Positions 1-10,729 are shown, counted from the stretch's first letter. The stretch is 64,000 nucleotides of DNA from Candidatus Poseidoniales archaeon (GCA_038106355.1 JAYODQ010000001.1:40683-104682), one strand, 5' to 3'. Program-made: numbers and translations. Notes: generated from the sequence alone by a model not told the origin.

Positions 1-543
1 TCTGCAGCAAAATGTAGTTCCGATGTTCCAGTTTTTGTATTGAATGGTGTTTCTAAGGTGTATTATGCACCTGGCTGGCGAATTGGATATCTTGCTCTGC
101 ACGACCCGCAGAAAAGATGCGATCAGATTCGTGATGGTATCGAACGAATTCTGAGATCGAGGTTATGTGCCTCAACCCCTGCTCAATACGGATATCTTGC
201 AGGTTTGGAGGGGCCAAAGGATTGGATGGAGGAATATCAATCTAAAATTTTGAAACAGCGTGATTATTGTATCAATCGTATCCAATCTATTGAAGGATTG
301 GAAGTACAACATCCAAGAGGTGCTTTCTATATGTTTGTGAAAATCACTCATCCCAAATGGAAAGATGATGACAAGAAATTTGTGCTGGAACTGCTCCAAC
401 AAAAGCATGTTTTGCTTGTTCATGGTAGCGGATTTTCGCCAAATTTAGGAAAGGGTCATTTCCGGTTGGTCTACTTGGCGAACGTCCAAATATTGGAACG
501 TGCATTTGATAAAATTGAAGAATTTTTATCACAGAAGGAATAA
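1..543 (+). CDS. PLP-dependent aminotransferase (class I/II), C-terminal fragment; 5' end lies outside the window
   Basis: Frame 1 is open from nt 1 with no stop before the listed TTG at 40. The sequence has a C-terminal aminotransferase-like shape (YAPGWRIGYLA, FYMFVKI, LLVHGSGF). Stop at 541-543. Confidence 0.55.
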   Translation, partial: SAAKCSSDVPVFVLNGVSKVYYAPGWRIGYLALHDPQKRCDQIRDGIERILRSRLCASTPAQYGYLAGLEGPKDWMEEYQSKILKQRDYCINRIQSIEGLEVQHPRGAFYMFVKITHPKWKDDDKKFVLELLQQKHVLLVHGSGFSPNLGKGHFRLVYLANVQILERAFDKIEEFLSQKE

Positions 544-585
544 GGCAAACGATGAATTCAAAAAAAAAGCGAAGGAGGTGGTGAT

Positions 586-3500
586 ATGGGTAAAAATGGT
601 GCAATACTTATGGCCATTGTTGCATCCTTACTCCTTATTCCTTCAGTCCAAGCTTCAAGCATAGTAACTTCATCCGAGGCAACTTTTTTCAATTATTTTC
701 CACTCATCCTCGCTTTTTTGACAGCGATTTTTATACGAATTTGGTTTATTCCCAGTCAATTGTCAAATTTACAAGTAGCATTTGAAGTCGACGATAACGT
801 GTATGAAGTACACAGAATCACACACAATGCAAAAGAGGTCAGGGAATTATTCAAAGTCGACTTGGTGAATTACGGTATTATTCTTTATCTCATGGGGCTC
901 ACAGGTGTACTCATCTTGATTGCGGAATTACTTTTTGATGCAGACCAATTTTATGAAATTAATTTGATGTTTATTGCACTTTTGATCGCAATTCCAGTCA
1001 TTATTTCTCCATGGGAAACACTCAATGTTCAGATTCTTGGAAGACGCCAATCAGGTTCGACGAAACCTTCGCTCATCAACACGCTTCTTCGAAGATTAGT
1101 CACAATTGGCGTACTGATTGGTTCGACGTCGGCTGTTCTTCTGTATGGTCAAAGTATTGAAGGTAAGATTACTCCGCTATGGCTTGCTATTGGTATGTTG
1201 GCCTTTATGGGGCCAACAATTTTTGCATACGGCCGAATCATGGGTGCTTCATGGAATATGCTTCTCATTAGTAAATGGAGAACAACCCGAGGAAAAGCGA
1301 ACCCAATCGACCCAGACAAGAATGGATTTGTGGGTAGGATATTTTCATTTCTTCTTGTTCTTTTCTTGATTACGATGCCTGTTACAGCACTTAATGGAAT
1401 CGTTACAGTCTTGCATGTTCTCATCAACAAGCCAGTGAATCAAGAAGAAGTTCTCAATTATGGTGGCATTATTGGTCATGCACTCTACTCGAATATCGAT
1501 GAAATTTCTGAAATCTTAGGTCAACTTGAATTTATCAAGAAACTCCCGGAATTCCTTTCGCTTTATTTAACACTCAACATTGCGATTGTAGGTCTAGCGT
1601 TCATTTTTGAGTTAACTCGAAACTTAGTTCTCGGTGGACAAACCTTTGGTGGCCTTTTTGGTGTTACACTGGATACCCCCCGTGAAATACGAAGTGAAAA
1701 GAGTGCCCAAGCAAGACAACTTACGTTCGCTTTTGCTGGATTTTCCGGGTACACAGTCTTGTTGCTCATCTTGGTTTGCTATAAAGAATTTGGAGACCTT
1801 ATGCCAATGATCGATGTGCTTGAAGCAAATGGTTTTGATGAGGGATTGAGATTACTTACAACTTGGATGTTTATTGCTGTTGGGCAAGTTATTTTTCTTC
1901 TCACTTGGGTTTTGTCCATTGCGAAATTTGGCTCCCTTTCTAAATTATCATTTGATTTGGACCCAGAAACTCGTCGAGAGGGTGCTGTGAAATTAGCTGG
2001 GGGGGATTGGTTAAGGGACCTCATTGAAGACGCTGCAGGTCAAGAGGACATCGATTTGTTGATCCGTATTCAAGAGCATGAATTTGCTGGTGACCCTTCA
2101 CTTATCCGTCAAGAAAAAATTCGTGCATCAATGTGGGAAAAAGCCCTACGCGGATTATGGCCTGAGGCCATTGAAGAAGGCAGAAAAGTACTTGCCCAAG
2201 CGGGTGGAGATGACGACCCTGCTCGTATGGTCATTGCTACAGGTTATCTTGCTCTTCGAAGACTCGATGCTGCGAAAGAGGCACTCAACGGATTGGAACA
2301 AGACGAAGGATACGATGAACCCGAACTTCTATCGTTTGTTGCTGAATGGCTTGACCCCTGGCAAGGAAATGTCTCAGAGGATGATTTGTGGGATTGGGAA
2401 AACAATCCAATAATTGAGCAATTGCAAGATACATTGGAGATGTTGTCTGATTGGAGCCCAGTTCCTTCAGAGATGAGATTGTCGAAAAACAAAATCACAC
2501 TGACTTCACAATTATCTATGGTTGGATTGCTCAGGGCACAACGTCGGTACGATGAAGCTCTCGATTTAGCTTACAGCCTCGTTCGCCAGAATCCTACAGG
2601 TGTTCGTCCAAGAATTGCAGTTGCGCTATGTCTGGTTGACATTGGAGAATGGCATGATGCTCGAGAAATACTCGATGAATTGATAGAAAGTGATCCAAAT
2701 GACCCGCGTGTCCTTGCACTCTCTGCAATCTTTGGATATGGTCAAAAAGGTCGAAAAGAACTTGAAGTCTCCATCGTTTTGGATAAAGGAAAACAACTCA
2801 AACGCTGGATTGACTTAGCACCAACCAATGCTTTTGCTGCAATTCAATTAAAGGGAGGCATGGATGAAGCATTAACGGCAAATGTGCTTATCGCTGCCCA
2901 CGAATCTGTCAAACAAGGTATGCCTTCAAGATACTCGAGTGGAATCATATCGTATGTAGTTGTGTTTGGGATGCTGTTTCCACTCCTCATCGCAGCATCT
3001 ATCTTTTACGCCGGCCTCACCTCTCAAACTGAAGGGGCAATTGCCTTCCTTATCGGTTTTGCATTTTATCTCTTTTACCGAAGATTCAAATCTCAACAGG
3101 AACATTTGATTCAACATAGAGACCAAGCGTTGATGATAAAGTACGCAAAGCGAATGAAGAGATACAAGGTAAAACCCCAAGAGGAAAACATTCCAATTGG
3201 CACTCACCTTCTCTTATCGGGTATTCTTGTCACAGTGAGCGGAGTTGTTCTTGATATTGGTTTGCCAGCATGGATGATTCATCGATGTACGATGGATAGT
3301 GATAAGGTTGTTCGATCACGGCTCAAAAAGCGAGCTTTGAAACTCGTTAATGCCAAGCCTCCACGTTTCCAAATACTTGGAAAAGCTTGGTGGTTGAAGA
3401 GACCAATCGAGAACGAGGAGGAAACAACGGTGCTTCAACGAAATCTTGGTAATGTGGCATATCGTGGAAGGCCACAATATATCCAGAGAAAATTACCTGC

Positions 3501-3606
3501 GAGTTTAAATTCACTTGCTAAAAGTGGTAAAGTCGATATCAAAGAACGATTTATTCCAAGAAACACCATTCGAAGCGAAAAGAATGTTCAGAGTCTCACC
3601 GATTGA
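586..3606 (+). CDS. Large polytopic membrane protein with N-terminal signal peptide, an internal ~400 aa helical-repeat (TPR-like) soluble domain and a basic C-terminal tail; function unknown
   Basis: 1006 aa ORF. Signal-like N-terminus (LLLIPSVQASS), several hydrophobic helices on both sides of a hydrophilic repeat-rich block (aa ~470-800), and a Lys/Arg-rich C-terminus. Its stop overlaps the downstream ORF start (TTGA at 3603-3606). Confidence 0.5.
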   Translation: MGKNGAILMAIVASLLLIPSVQASSIVTSSEATFFNYFPLILAFLTAIFIRIWFIPSQLSNLQVAFEVDDNVYEVHRITHNAKEVRELFKVDLVNYGIILYLMGLTGVLILIAELLFDADQFYEINLMFIALLIAIPVIISPWETLNVQILGRRQSGSTKPSLINTLLRRLVTIGVLIGSTSAVLLYGQSIEGKITPLWLAIGMLAFMGPTIFAYGRIMGASWNMLLISKWRTTRGKANPIDPDKNGFVGRIFSFLLVLFLITMPVTALNGIVTVLHVLINKPVNQEEVLNYGGIIGHALYSNIDEISEILGQLEFIKKLPEFLSLYLTLNIAIVGLAFIFELTRNLVLGGQTFGGLFGVTLDTPREIRSEKSAQARQLTFAFAGFSGYTVLLLILVCYKEFGDLMPMIDVLEANGFDEGLRLLTTWMFIAVGQVIFLLTWVLSIAKFGSLSKLSFDLDPETRREGAVKLAGGDWLRDLIEDAAGQEDIDLLIRIQEHEFAGDPSLIRQEKIRASMWEKALRGLWPEAIEEGRKVLAQAGGDDDPARMVIATGYLALRRLDAAKEALNGLEQDEGYDEPELLSFVAEWLDPWQGNVSEDDLWDWENNPIIEQLQDTLEMLSDWSPVPSEMRLSKNKITLTSQLSMVGLLRAQRRYDEALDLAYSLVRQNPTGVRPRIAVALCLVDIGEWHDAREILDELIESDPNDPRVLALSAIFGYGQKGRKELEVSIVLDKGKQLKRWIDLAPTNAFAAIQLKGGMDEALTANVLIAAHESVKQGMPSRYSSGIISYVVVFGMLFPLLIAASIFYAGLTSQTEGAIAFLIGFAFYLFYRRFKSQQEHLIQHRDQALMIKYAKRMKRYKVKPQEENIPIGTHLLLSGILVTVSGVVLDIGLPAWMIHRCTMDSDKVVRSRLKKRALKLVNAKPPRFQILGKAWWLKRPIENEEETTVLQRNLGNVAYRGRPQYIQRKLPASLNSLAKSGKVDIKERFIPRNTIRSEKNVQSLTD

Positions 3607-4967
3607 GCAAAACTATCAATCAATCAATTCATGAACCGTTTTTCTTCTCCCTGTTTATGACTCATGTTCCTGGGGCATGGAAACCAAGCAAACAATCCAC
3701 AGAATACGCCGATAAAGTTCTAAAGGCAACTCAAGATAGTGGCTCATTGTATCGCTATGGACTTCCTATGATCGCTTCGGAAAATATCATTTCACCACGG
3801 GTAGCTGAAGTTGTGAACAGTGATTTGCACGGACGTTATGCTGAGGGATTGCCAGGTAAACGCTATTATCAGGGATGTACGGATTTTGATACGATAGAAT
3901 CCATCGGTATCCAACTGGCGAAAGAAATTTTTAACGCACCATTTGCAAATATTCAATCCACTTCAGGAACGGTAAGCAATATCGGTGCACTCAAAGCACT
4001 CGCTCCATCTGGAGGAAAAATCACCGCAGTGTCAACCGCCGATGGCGGACATATTTCACACGCAAGAATGGGTGCAGTTGGACTTCGTAATCTTGATTTG
4101 ACCACTTACCCTTGGGACGAAGAACGAATGGAGCCTGATGTAGATGCCTCATGTAAAATGATTCGTGAAGTTCAACCTGATTGTGCACTATTTGGGCAAT
4201 CGGTTTTTTTGTTTCCAACGCCGATGAAGGAAATGGCTGATGCAGCAAAAGAATCCGGAGCCAATGTGATGTACGATGGTGCCCACGTGTTAGGTCTAAT
4301 TGCAGGTGGGCAATTTCAAGACCCATTACGAGAAGGTGCTGATGTCATGACTGGTTCTAGTCACAAAACATTTCCTGGGCCTCAAGGTGGATTTATGCTC
4401 TCTTCATCAGAAGATGAGAGTTTTCATCGAAAATTAAACAATGCAATGTTCCCCGGCGTTTGTTCCTCGTATCATTTACATCATGTTGCTGGGAAAGTCG
4501 TGGCACTCGCAGAATTCAAAGAGTACGGAGTTGCATATGCAAAGGATACCGTTTCGAATGCAAAAGCACTTGCATCCGCTTTATCCACTGAAGGTTTTGA
4601 TGTACTTGCCGAATCACGAGGGTTCACTGCATCGCATCAAATCGTGACTCGGCATGGTGACTTAGACTCAGGTGCTGGCGCAAAAGCAGCTGCTGTGCTT
4701 GAGAAAGCAGGAATCATCACCAACATGAATATGTTGCCGGGGGATACAAAGGCTTTGTCTCCATCTGGATTACGGTTAGGTGTTCAAGAATTAACACGAG
4801 TAGGCATGTCACCAGACGAAATGCAAGATATTGCAAAATTGTATCGGCGTGTGCTCCTCGATGGTGAAGAACCTTCACTTGTCCGTCAAGCCGTTCGCGA
4901 GCTTAAATCTGAATTCCAAACAGTTCGTTACTGCTTCAATGAAGATGAACTCTCAGGGTATCCGTGA
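3603..4967 (+). CDS. glyA: Serine hydroxymethyltransferase (archaeal type)
   Basis: PLP-lysine motif SSHKTFPGPQGG. N-terminal IASENIISPRVAEV and YYQGC motifs typical of SHMT. The listed start is TTG; the true ATG is probably downstream (about 3657, MTHVPG). Confidence 0.85.
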   Translation: MSKTINQSIHEPFFFSLFMTHVPGAWKPSKQSTEYADKVLKATQDSGSLYRYGLPMIASENIISPRVAEVVNSDLHGRYAEGLPGKRYYQGCTDFDTIESIGIQLAKEIFNAPFANIQSTSGTVSNIGALKALAPSGGKITAVSTADGGHISHARMGAVGLRNLDLTTYPWDEERMEPDVDASCKMIREVQPDCALFGQSVFLFPTPMKEMADAAKESGANVMYDGAHVLGLIAGGQFQDPLREGADVMTGSSHKTFPGPQGGFMLSSSEDESFHRKLNNAMFPGVCSSYHLHHVAGKVVALAEFKEYGVAYAKDTVSNAKALASALSTEGFDVLAESRGFTASHQIVTRHGDLDSGAGAKAAAVLEKAGIITNMNMLPGDTKALSPSGLRLGVQELTRVGMSPDEMQDIAKLYRRVLLDGEEPSLVRQAVRELKSEFQTVRYCFNEDELSGYP

Positions 4968-4973
4968 ACAAAA

Positions 4974-5987
4974 GTGATCGTAGTGGCTACATCCATCGAG
5001 GGTATTCAGACTTGCGACAATGGCACAATTCTCTATGGTGAGAACATTGAACTGTACGTTTATGGAATGATGGAATTCCAATCTTGGTTTCATCATCTCG
5101 ACCTTCTTTCAAACAGTCCACTTCATCGAAAATTATTGTACGCTGCAACAGATTCATTCGAATCCTTGGCATATTTTGGACTTCAAAAATCTAATTATTT
5201 CGCCCGTATGAAGAAGTTTACTTCATCTGTACACAAGATATGGAAAATATTTGGATGGGGCTTATTTTTTCCGAAAGAAAAAATAATTCAAGCAAGTGTT
5301 CAAACAGAATTAACCGTAGGTTTTGCATTGGCAGCCATGGAATTTTTTGAAGTTGAACGTTTGAAATTTGAATCAAATCAATTGAATGACCAAACGATGC
5401 AACTTTCGTTTCAACCATCAAAAAAACCAATGAAGAGTGTATCAAAAGTTGATTCTTTCGATTGGGATATTGATATCGAGCCGTCCATTGAATATGATTC
5501 CTCATTTGAAGTTGATAAAAGACCCTCTGGATGGTATCTTGATGAGCAACGAAGTTTTTTCTTACCACGGGACACAATGCTTCACTTTTATCACGCCATG
5601 CTGCCATTAGAATTTGACACAAAACATCGTAAAAATGAACTTCTTGAAATTGAAGGAATTCATGACAGACACATTCAGATTTTTCGAAGTGTGCTCATTG
5701 CGAGTTCCCTGGCAGAACAGGAATCTACAGAACCAAGTTTTGTCCAAACAGAAGACGATTGGACTAACATTCTGGGGCAAATCATACCAAACCGAGGTTT
5801 TGGACAATATCAAATTTTACAATTTGACATTCACTCTCGATGTGTATCTCTCCTGATTCGTAGTACAAATGCACCATACATTATCGGAAAAATTTGGTCA
5901 AAATGGGAGAAGGCGACGGGCTCTCGTTCCAAATGTTCCATTGTCATCGAAAAATCGGGAGTTTTGTTCATGTTTTCACCAGTTTAG
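4974..5987 (+). CDS. Hypothetical protein
   Basis: 337 aa ORF, same strand and closely spaced after glyA. No recognisable motif. The real start may be an internal Met (about 5067). Confidence 0.35.
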   Translation: MIVVATSIEGIQTCDNGTILYGENIELYVYGMMEFQSWFHHLDLLSNSPLHRKLLYAATDSFESLAYFGLQKSNYFARMKKFTSSVHKIWKIFGWGLFFPKEKIIQASVQTELTVGFALAAMEFFEVERLKFESNQLNDQTMQLSFQPSKKPMKSVSKVDSFDWDIDIEPSIEYDSSFEVDKRPSGWYLDEQRSFFLPRDTMLHFYHAMLPLEFDTKHRKNELLEIEGIHDRHIQIFRSVLIASSLAEQESTEPSFVQTEDDWTNILGQIIPNRGFGQYQILQFDIHSRCVSLLIRSTNAPYIIGKIWSKWEKATGSRSKCSIVIEKSGVLFMFSPV

Positions 5988-6053
5988 TTTGTGTGAAAAT
6001 ACATTTTCGTGTTGTGTGCCCCTACTCAGCAGGGGTGAAGTTCTATAACCGAT

Positions 6054-9000
6054 ATGAGTAGTCGGAGTGATTGCACAGATGTGCGGGGTATGTCAATGAG
6101 TTTAAGTCCTAATCAAATGGCGTATATCTCAATCGTTTCAACTTTGATTTTTGGTTCCCTCTTTGTAGGCGTTTCAGGGTTTTATCAAACCAACGAAGGA
6201 ATCGGTGGATTTGACAGTGCACTTGAAGAAAACATTCAGGGTGAAGGTGAGGATTATTTTGATTCTCCCGACACTGATGGTGATGGATTATCCGATAAAC
6301 TTGAAGAAACTCAATATGGAACTGACCCAATGAATCCGGATACAGATAACGATGGAATGAGTGACGGTTGGGAGGTTGCACATGGGTTGAATCCACTTGA
6401 CAATGGAGAATCTCAAGATCTGGAAAATGATCCTACAAGTGATACCGAAACTGAAGATGGGAAGGTCGAAGAAGAAACTGACTCATGGCCCGACCCAAAT
6501 CAAGGCCCGAATGGAGATCCCGACCGAGATGGACTTACCAATAAGGACGAAGAAGAACTTGGAACCGATCCTCAACGTGCAGATACCGACAACGATGGAC
6601 TCAATGACAAATGGGAATCGCTTTACACCATGGTTGTCCAAACTCCAGGTGGAGATATCACTCTCTTCAATCCACTCAGCGGTAATTGGGATTGTATTCT
6701 GCTGGACTCCGCAATGCGCGAAGCGTTGATGCAGAAATACGATGGTCAAGATGGTGAAATGAATTGGATGGACCTTGCAGTAAATAATCGACATTCATGT
6801 GACATGGTTCTTGACTCCGACAACGATGGTCTTGCAAACTTTGAAGAAGAATTGTACGGAACGAACCCTACCGCTCGTGATTCTGACATGGACCTCATTG
6901 ATGATATCATTGAAGTTGCTAACTCAACGATCCTTCTCAAGAAAGGATTGGGCGAACAATGCAACAGAGGTCTCGTAGAATTCATTGATACCACAGGACC
7001 TTTCTTTGGCTTTGACACCACTTGGTTTCGACAAGATATGGATGGTGACGGTAAATTAAACGGCCCATCTGATTGGGATACCGACGGAGATGGAATGCCA
7101 GATGGTTTTGAATTCTGTTACTCAAAATCCAATCTAGCACCTAACAAAGATTCGTCGAAAACTCTTGACCCTGCTAACGCATCAGATGGATACAACGACT
7201 GGGATGAAGATGGGCTCAACAATGTTGAAGAATATATGGTCGCACAAATTTTCGGAGAAGACAATTTCACATCACCATGGAGAATGGATACCGATGAAGA
7301 CCTCATGCCTGACCAGTGGGAAGCTGCAAATGGCTTGCACCCAAGGGATAGCAGCAATTTTGACAAGGACCCCGACATGGATGGATGGGATGCCGATGGT
7401 GATGGAGCAGTTCGATACGATACTCTTGAACTGACGGCCATTGTATACAGCGTTGATGTCATCTTAGGTCAAGAAGTCATTGCAAATCAGACAGTTGCAA
7501 GGGCTAGAATTACACTTGGTGGAGGAAATCAGCAGATTATTCCTCTCTTATCACCAGTCGATGGATACGTGTATGACATCAATGTTGCAAACGGTGACAC
7601 CGTTGATTCTCGTTTGTTCACATGGATGACCATCGTCGAAGAACATGAACGTTTCACGAACCTCATGGAATATCAAGCACGAGATCGTGACGGTGATGGC
7701 ATACTTGATGGGCGAAGTACAAATCCTCTCGTTGCCGATACCGATGGCGATGGACTCATCGATGGTATCGAGGTCCTCGGTTGGGAAATTCTTGTGATTA
7801 ATCGTGGTGTGCAGGAAACATGGGTTACTTCTGACCCAGGTCTCTATGATACCGATATGGACGGACTATCTGATTATGAAGAATTTTCATCGACTTGCGA
7901 TGGTGGCTCGAATGCATCTAATCCCGATACAGATTCGGATGGTTTAACCGATCTTCAAGAAGCTGGCGATAACTTCCAATGGGAAGGTGTACCATATTCA
8001 ACAAGCCCGTGTATGTTTGACACAGACAATGATGGTTTAGAGGATGGGGAGGAGGTCATTGCTGGTGAAGATAATTTCCTGACCCATGCAAATAAATCCG
8101 ATACTGACGATGATGGTCTTGTCGATGGACAAGAAGTTCTTTACGTTCCAAGACCATTCCAGAATCCGACGAATCCACTGATCAATGATACAGATGCAGA
8201 TGGTATGTTGGATGGCTGGGAGATGCAGGTAAAATCTGCTGAAGATAACACGAATTCACATAGTCTATGGGTTACGACTTCTACTTGGTTACGACCTGGC
8301 TGTGAAGTTTCACAAACATCATCTTGTACGATGCAACCTGGTGGCTATGTTTGGCAGAACTGGCTCGGCGGTTTCGTTCTTGAGCCAAAATTCCAAGTGA
8401 GCGAAATGAATTTGACAGGATTCTCCATGCCAAGCAATCAAAAATGTGATGGTTGCAATGGTCGGTGGGCACTTGACCCCTCATTGGGCTCCCTACCAGA
8501 TGATGTTTTTGATGTTGACAATGATACATTGCTTAACAGTGCAGAAGCACCAGACCGATGGAACACAAATCCAGTGGATGATGACACAGACGGCGACTTG
8601 CTCCCTGATGGTTGGGAAGTATCATACTCTGAATTAGCGTTTGATTTGGGACTTATCGACAACCAAACCCTTAGTGCAAACGGTGCACGTGGTGTGATGG
8701 ATCCTGCTATGAAAGACAGCGACTTGGATGGCATCAATGATGGTGAGGAAGACCCAGACCGAGATGGATTGAATCGTACTGGCCTCATCAAGAAGTACTG
8801 TCCTGGATACAACGATACATCGAATTCAGAATGTAACATCGACCCTGATACACCCGATGGACAACGGTTTTACAACAACCTTGAAAATTATACCAATTAT
8901 GAAGAAATGCAAAATGGAACGAATCCAGTTCGAAATGACACAGATGGAGACGAATGGAATGATGGACCTGAAGTCTATTATCAAGACCATGATGGCGATG

Positions 9001-9179
9001 GTATGGCAACAGGTTGGGAATATCATTTCCAGTTTGACCCATACGATGGCGCTGACCGGATGGTCGACACCGATGGAGATGGGCATGTCAATTACTGTGA
9101 ATACAAATGGGATACAAACCCACGAAATCCAGTGTCATTCCCAGGACAAGGAGAACTCTGCGATCCATTTGAATCATGA
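6054..9179 (+). CDS. Giant secreted/anchored surface protein with ~25 thrombospondin type 3-like calcium-binding repeats (DxDxDGxxDxxE)
   Basis: N-terminal signal anchor (ISIVSTLIFGSLFVGVSGF). Reiterated DTDGDGLSD/DTDNDGMSDGWE/DSDNDGLANFEE units run through the whole protein. It is extremely acidic. Confidence 0.65.
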   Translation: MSSRSDCTDVRGMSMSLSPNQMAYISIVSTLIFGSLFVGVSGFYQTNEGIGGFDSALEENIQGEGEDYFDSPDTDGDGLSDKLEETQYGTDPMNPDTDNDGMSDGWEVAHGLNPLDNGESQDLENDPTSDTETEDGKVEEETDSWPDPNQGPNGDPDRDGLTNKDEEELGTDPQRADTDNDGLNDKWESLYTMVVQTPGGDITLFNPLSGNWDCILLDSAMREALMQKYDGQDGEMNWMDLAVNNRHSCDMVLDSDNDGLANFEEELYGTNPTARDSDMDLIDDIIEVANSTILLKKGLGEQCNRGLVEFIDTTGPFFGFDTTWFRQDMDGDGKLNGPSDWDTDGDGMPDGFEFCYSKSNLAPNKDSSKTLDPANASDGYNDWDEDGLNNVEEYMVAQIFGEDNFTSPWRMDTDEDLMPDQWEAANGLHPRDSSNFDKDPDMDGWDADGDGAVRYDTLELTAIVYSVDVILGQEVIANQTVARARITLGGGNQQIIPLLSPVDGYVYDINVANGDTVDSRLFTWMTIVEEHERFTNLMEYQARDRDGDGILDGRSTNPLVADTDGDGLIDGIEVLGWEILVINRGVQETWVTSDPGLYDTDMDGLSDYEEFSSTCDGGSNASNPDTDSDGLTDLQEAGDNFQWEGVPYSTSPCMFDTDNDGLEDGEEVIAGEDNFLTHANKSDTDDDGLVDGQEVLYVPRPFQNPTNPLINDTDADGMLDGWEMQVKSAEDNTNSHSLWVTTSTWLRPGCEVSQTSSCTMQPGGYVWQNWLGGFVLEPKFQVSEMNLTGFSMPSNQKCDGCNGRWALDPSLGSLPDDVFDVDNDTLLNSAEAPDRWNTNPVDDDTDGDLLPDGWEVSYSELAFDLGLIDNQTLSANGARGVMDPAMKDSDLDGINDGEEDPDRDGLNRTGLIKKYCPGYNDTSNSECNIDPDTPDGQRFYNNLENYTNYEEMQNGTNPVRNDTDGDEWNDGPEVYYQDHDGDGMATGWEYHFQFDPYDGADRMVDTDGDGHVNYCEYKWDTNPRNPVSFPGQGELCDPFES

Positions 9180-9195
9180 TGGAATAGTGTAATTC

Positions 9196-10686
9196 ATGGC
9201 CCGATTAAAAGCGACACTCATTCTCATTGTGTTTCTTTTGCCACTGATTTCTGAGACTTCGTCTTCATCCGAGCCTTCCATAACATTTGAACAAGAACAT
9301 GGATATGTGGTCACGAATTCGTCGGTCAACCTATCTGGTTATTCAAACATTGAGATGAAAAAGGCTACATGGAAACTTTGGGATGTGAGTAACCCCTCAA
9401 TGACAACATTGGTTGAGTCAGGAGACCATTTGACCATCGTTTCACCAATCAGTGATTCTTTTTGGAAGTGGAATTTACAATTTGAAGTTCAAAATTTGAA
9501 TTGCACTTGTTACCTCATTATTTCATTGCCTGATGGAATCGACGTGATTCAATCAAACATCTTGTTGTACATTGGTGAGACAAATCATCGGCCTGAAATT
9601 ATGTTGCCTCATTCTCTTGAATCATCGTTTACTTCCCAAAATAGAATTCTATTGTCAAAAGTAAATGCGGTTGTCACCTTAAAAGCATTCGTACCTTCCG
9701 GATCGCTATCCGATGCACAACTTATAGCAAATGTGTGCGAATCACCATTTTGGGTCTGTCTCCAAGAACGATTTCAAATTCCGTTGAATTTTTCAACCAG
9801 CGGGAATGATTTGTCAATTTCTCTTAACTCCGATGTCTTAAATTTGGACGATGGAATTTGGGATTTTGAGCTGATTCTTATCGATGAATTACTCGTGAAT
9901 TCAGCACCAATCTATCTTCAAGTTCACATTGACACACAACTTCCCCACGTCGAACTTGAGTTTGACACAAATCAAAAAGAAAATAATCAATTTTCAGTTT
10001 TTGCTAACATTGACGATGGATATACAGGCTCAAGTGAGGTCTTGACATGGATGCTCCGTACTCCTACAGGAAGTGTTCGTTCGTTGTCTTCTACCGAAAT
10101 TATTGATGAAAATCGGCTCGAACTCAACTTAAGTGTACCAGGTACATACACTATTGAAGTATTGGTACGAGATTCTGCAGGTCATTATAACCGTACGAAT
10201 CAATCCTTTGTCGTTGAAGATATCCAGCCATTGGCTGACATTTATTTTGATACAATGAAACTAACCTCTGGAATGACATTGGAAGCCAATATAGATGGAC
10301 AATGGAACATTTACACTCTGCCAAATCAAGTTCTAGACCCAACAAGTGTCTCTTGGAGTATCCTTTTTCCAAATGGTGAAGTCGTCGTGTTTTCTGATAC
10401 AATGGTGAATTCAACCATCTTCACCACGGAAGGAACATATGTTCTGACTTTGCAAGTTTCGGATGACGAAGGAAGTGTGTCCTTGTCTACCATGCAATTG
10501 AACATCGTCAATTCCAATCATGATACTTCCTCAACACAGATCGATTCATTGTTTGCAGGGGTACTTCTTCTTTCCAGTCTCTTTGTGTTCCTTATCGTAT
10601 ACAATCTAAATTTTAAAAAGAAAGGAAAATCAACGACTGAATTGCCAAAATGGACTTCAGAACTTGATACAAAAAAGGAAAGTTGA
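9196..10686 (+). CDS. Cell-surface protein with N-terminal signal peptide and C-terminal transmembrane anchor plus basic tail
   Basis: Signal peptide MARLKATLILIVFLLPLISETSSS. C-terminal LFAGVLLLSSLFVFLIVYNL followed by KKKGK. It sits 16 nt downstream of the TSP3 giant, so it is probably co-transcribed. Confidence 0.5.
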   Translation: MARLKATLILIVFLLPLISETSSSSEPSITFEQEHGYVVTNSSVNLSGYSNIEMKKATWKLWDVSNPSMTTLVESGDHLTIVSPISDSFWKWNLQFEVQNLNCTCYLIISLPDGIDVIQSNILLYIGETNHRPEIMLPHSLESSFTSQNRILLSKVNAVVTLKAFVPSGSLSDAQLIANVCESPFWVCLQERFQIPLNFSTSGNDLSISLNSDVLNLDDGIWDFELILIDELLVNSAPIYLQVHIDTQLPHVELEFDTNQKENNQFSVFANIDDGYTGSSEVLTWMLRTPTGSVRSLSSTEIIDENRLELNLSVPGTYTIEVLVRDSAGHYNRTNQSFVVEDIQPLADIYFDTMKLTSGMTLEANIDGQWNIYTLPNQVLDPTSVSWSILFPNGEVVVFSDTMVNSTIFTTEGTYVLTLQVSDDEGSVSLSTMQLNIVNSNHDTSSTQIDSLFAGVLLLSSLFVFLIVYNLNFKKKGKSTTELPKWTSELDTKKES

Positions 10687-10729
10687 ACAAGAATTAAATG
10701 CAACGATTCAAAAAATGTGAGATGTTGGA

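Noticed and set aside
172-604. Minus-strand ORFs 172-423 and 344-604 (and many similar 60-110 aa antisense ORFs throughout, for example 1149-1430, 6109-6396, 8438-8839, 19148-19444, 44082-44672)
   Set aside because: They are embedded antisense within long, well-supported genes and have no motifs. They are typical shadow ORFs.
6019-6035. CCCCT-ACTCAGC-AGGGG hairpin after the 4974-5987 ORF
   Set aside because: It is only a 5-bp stem with a 7-nt loop and no T-tract. That is too weak to call a terminator or regulatory element.
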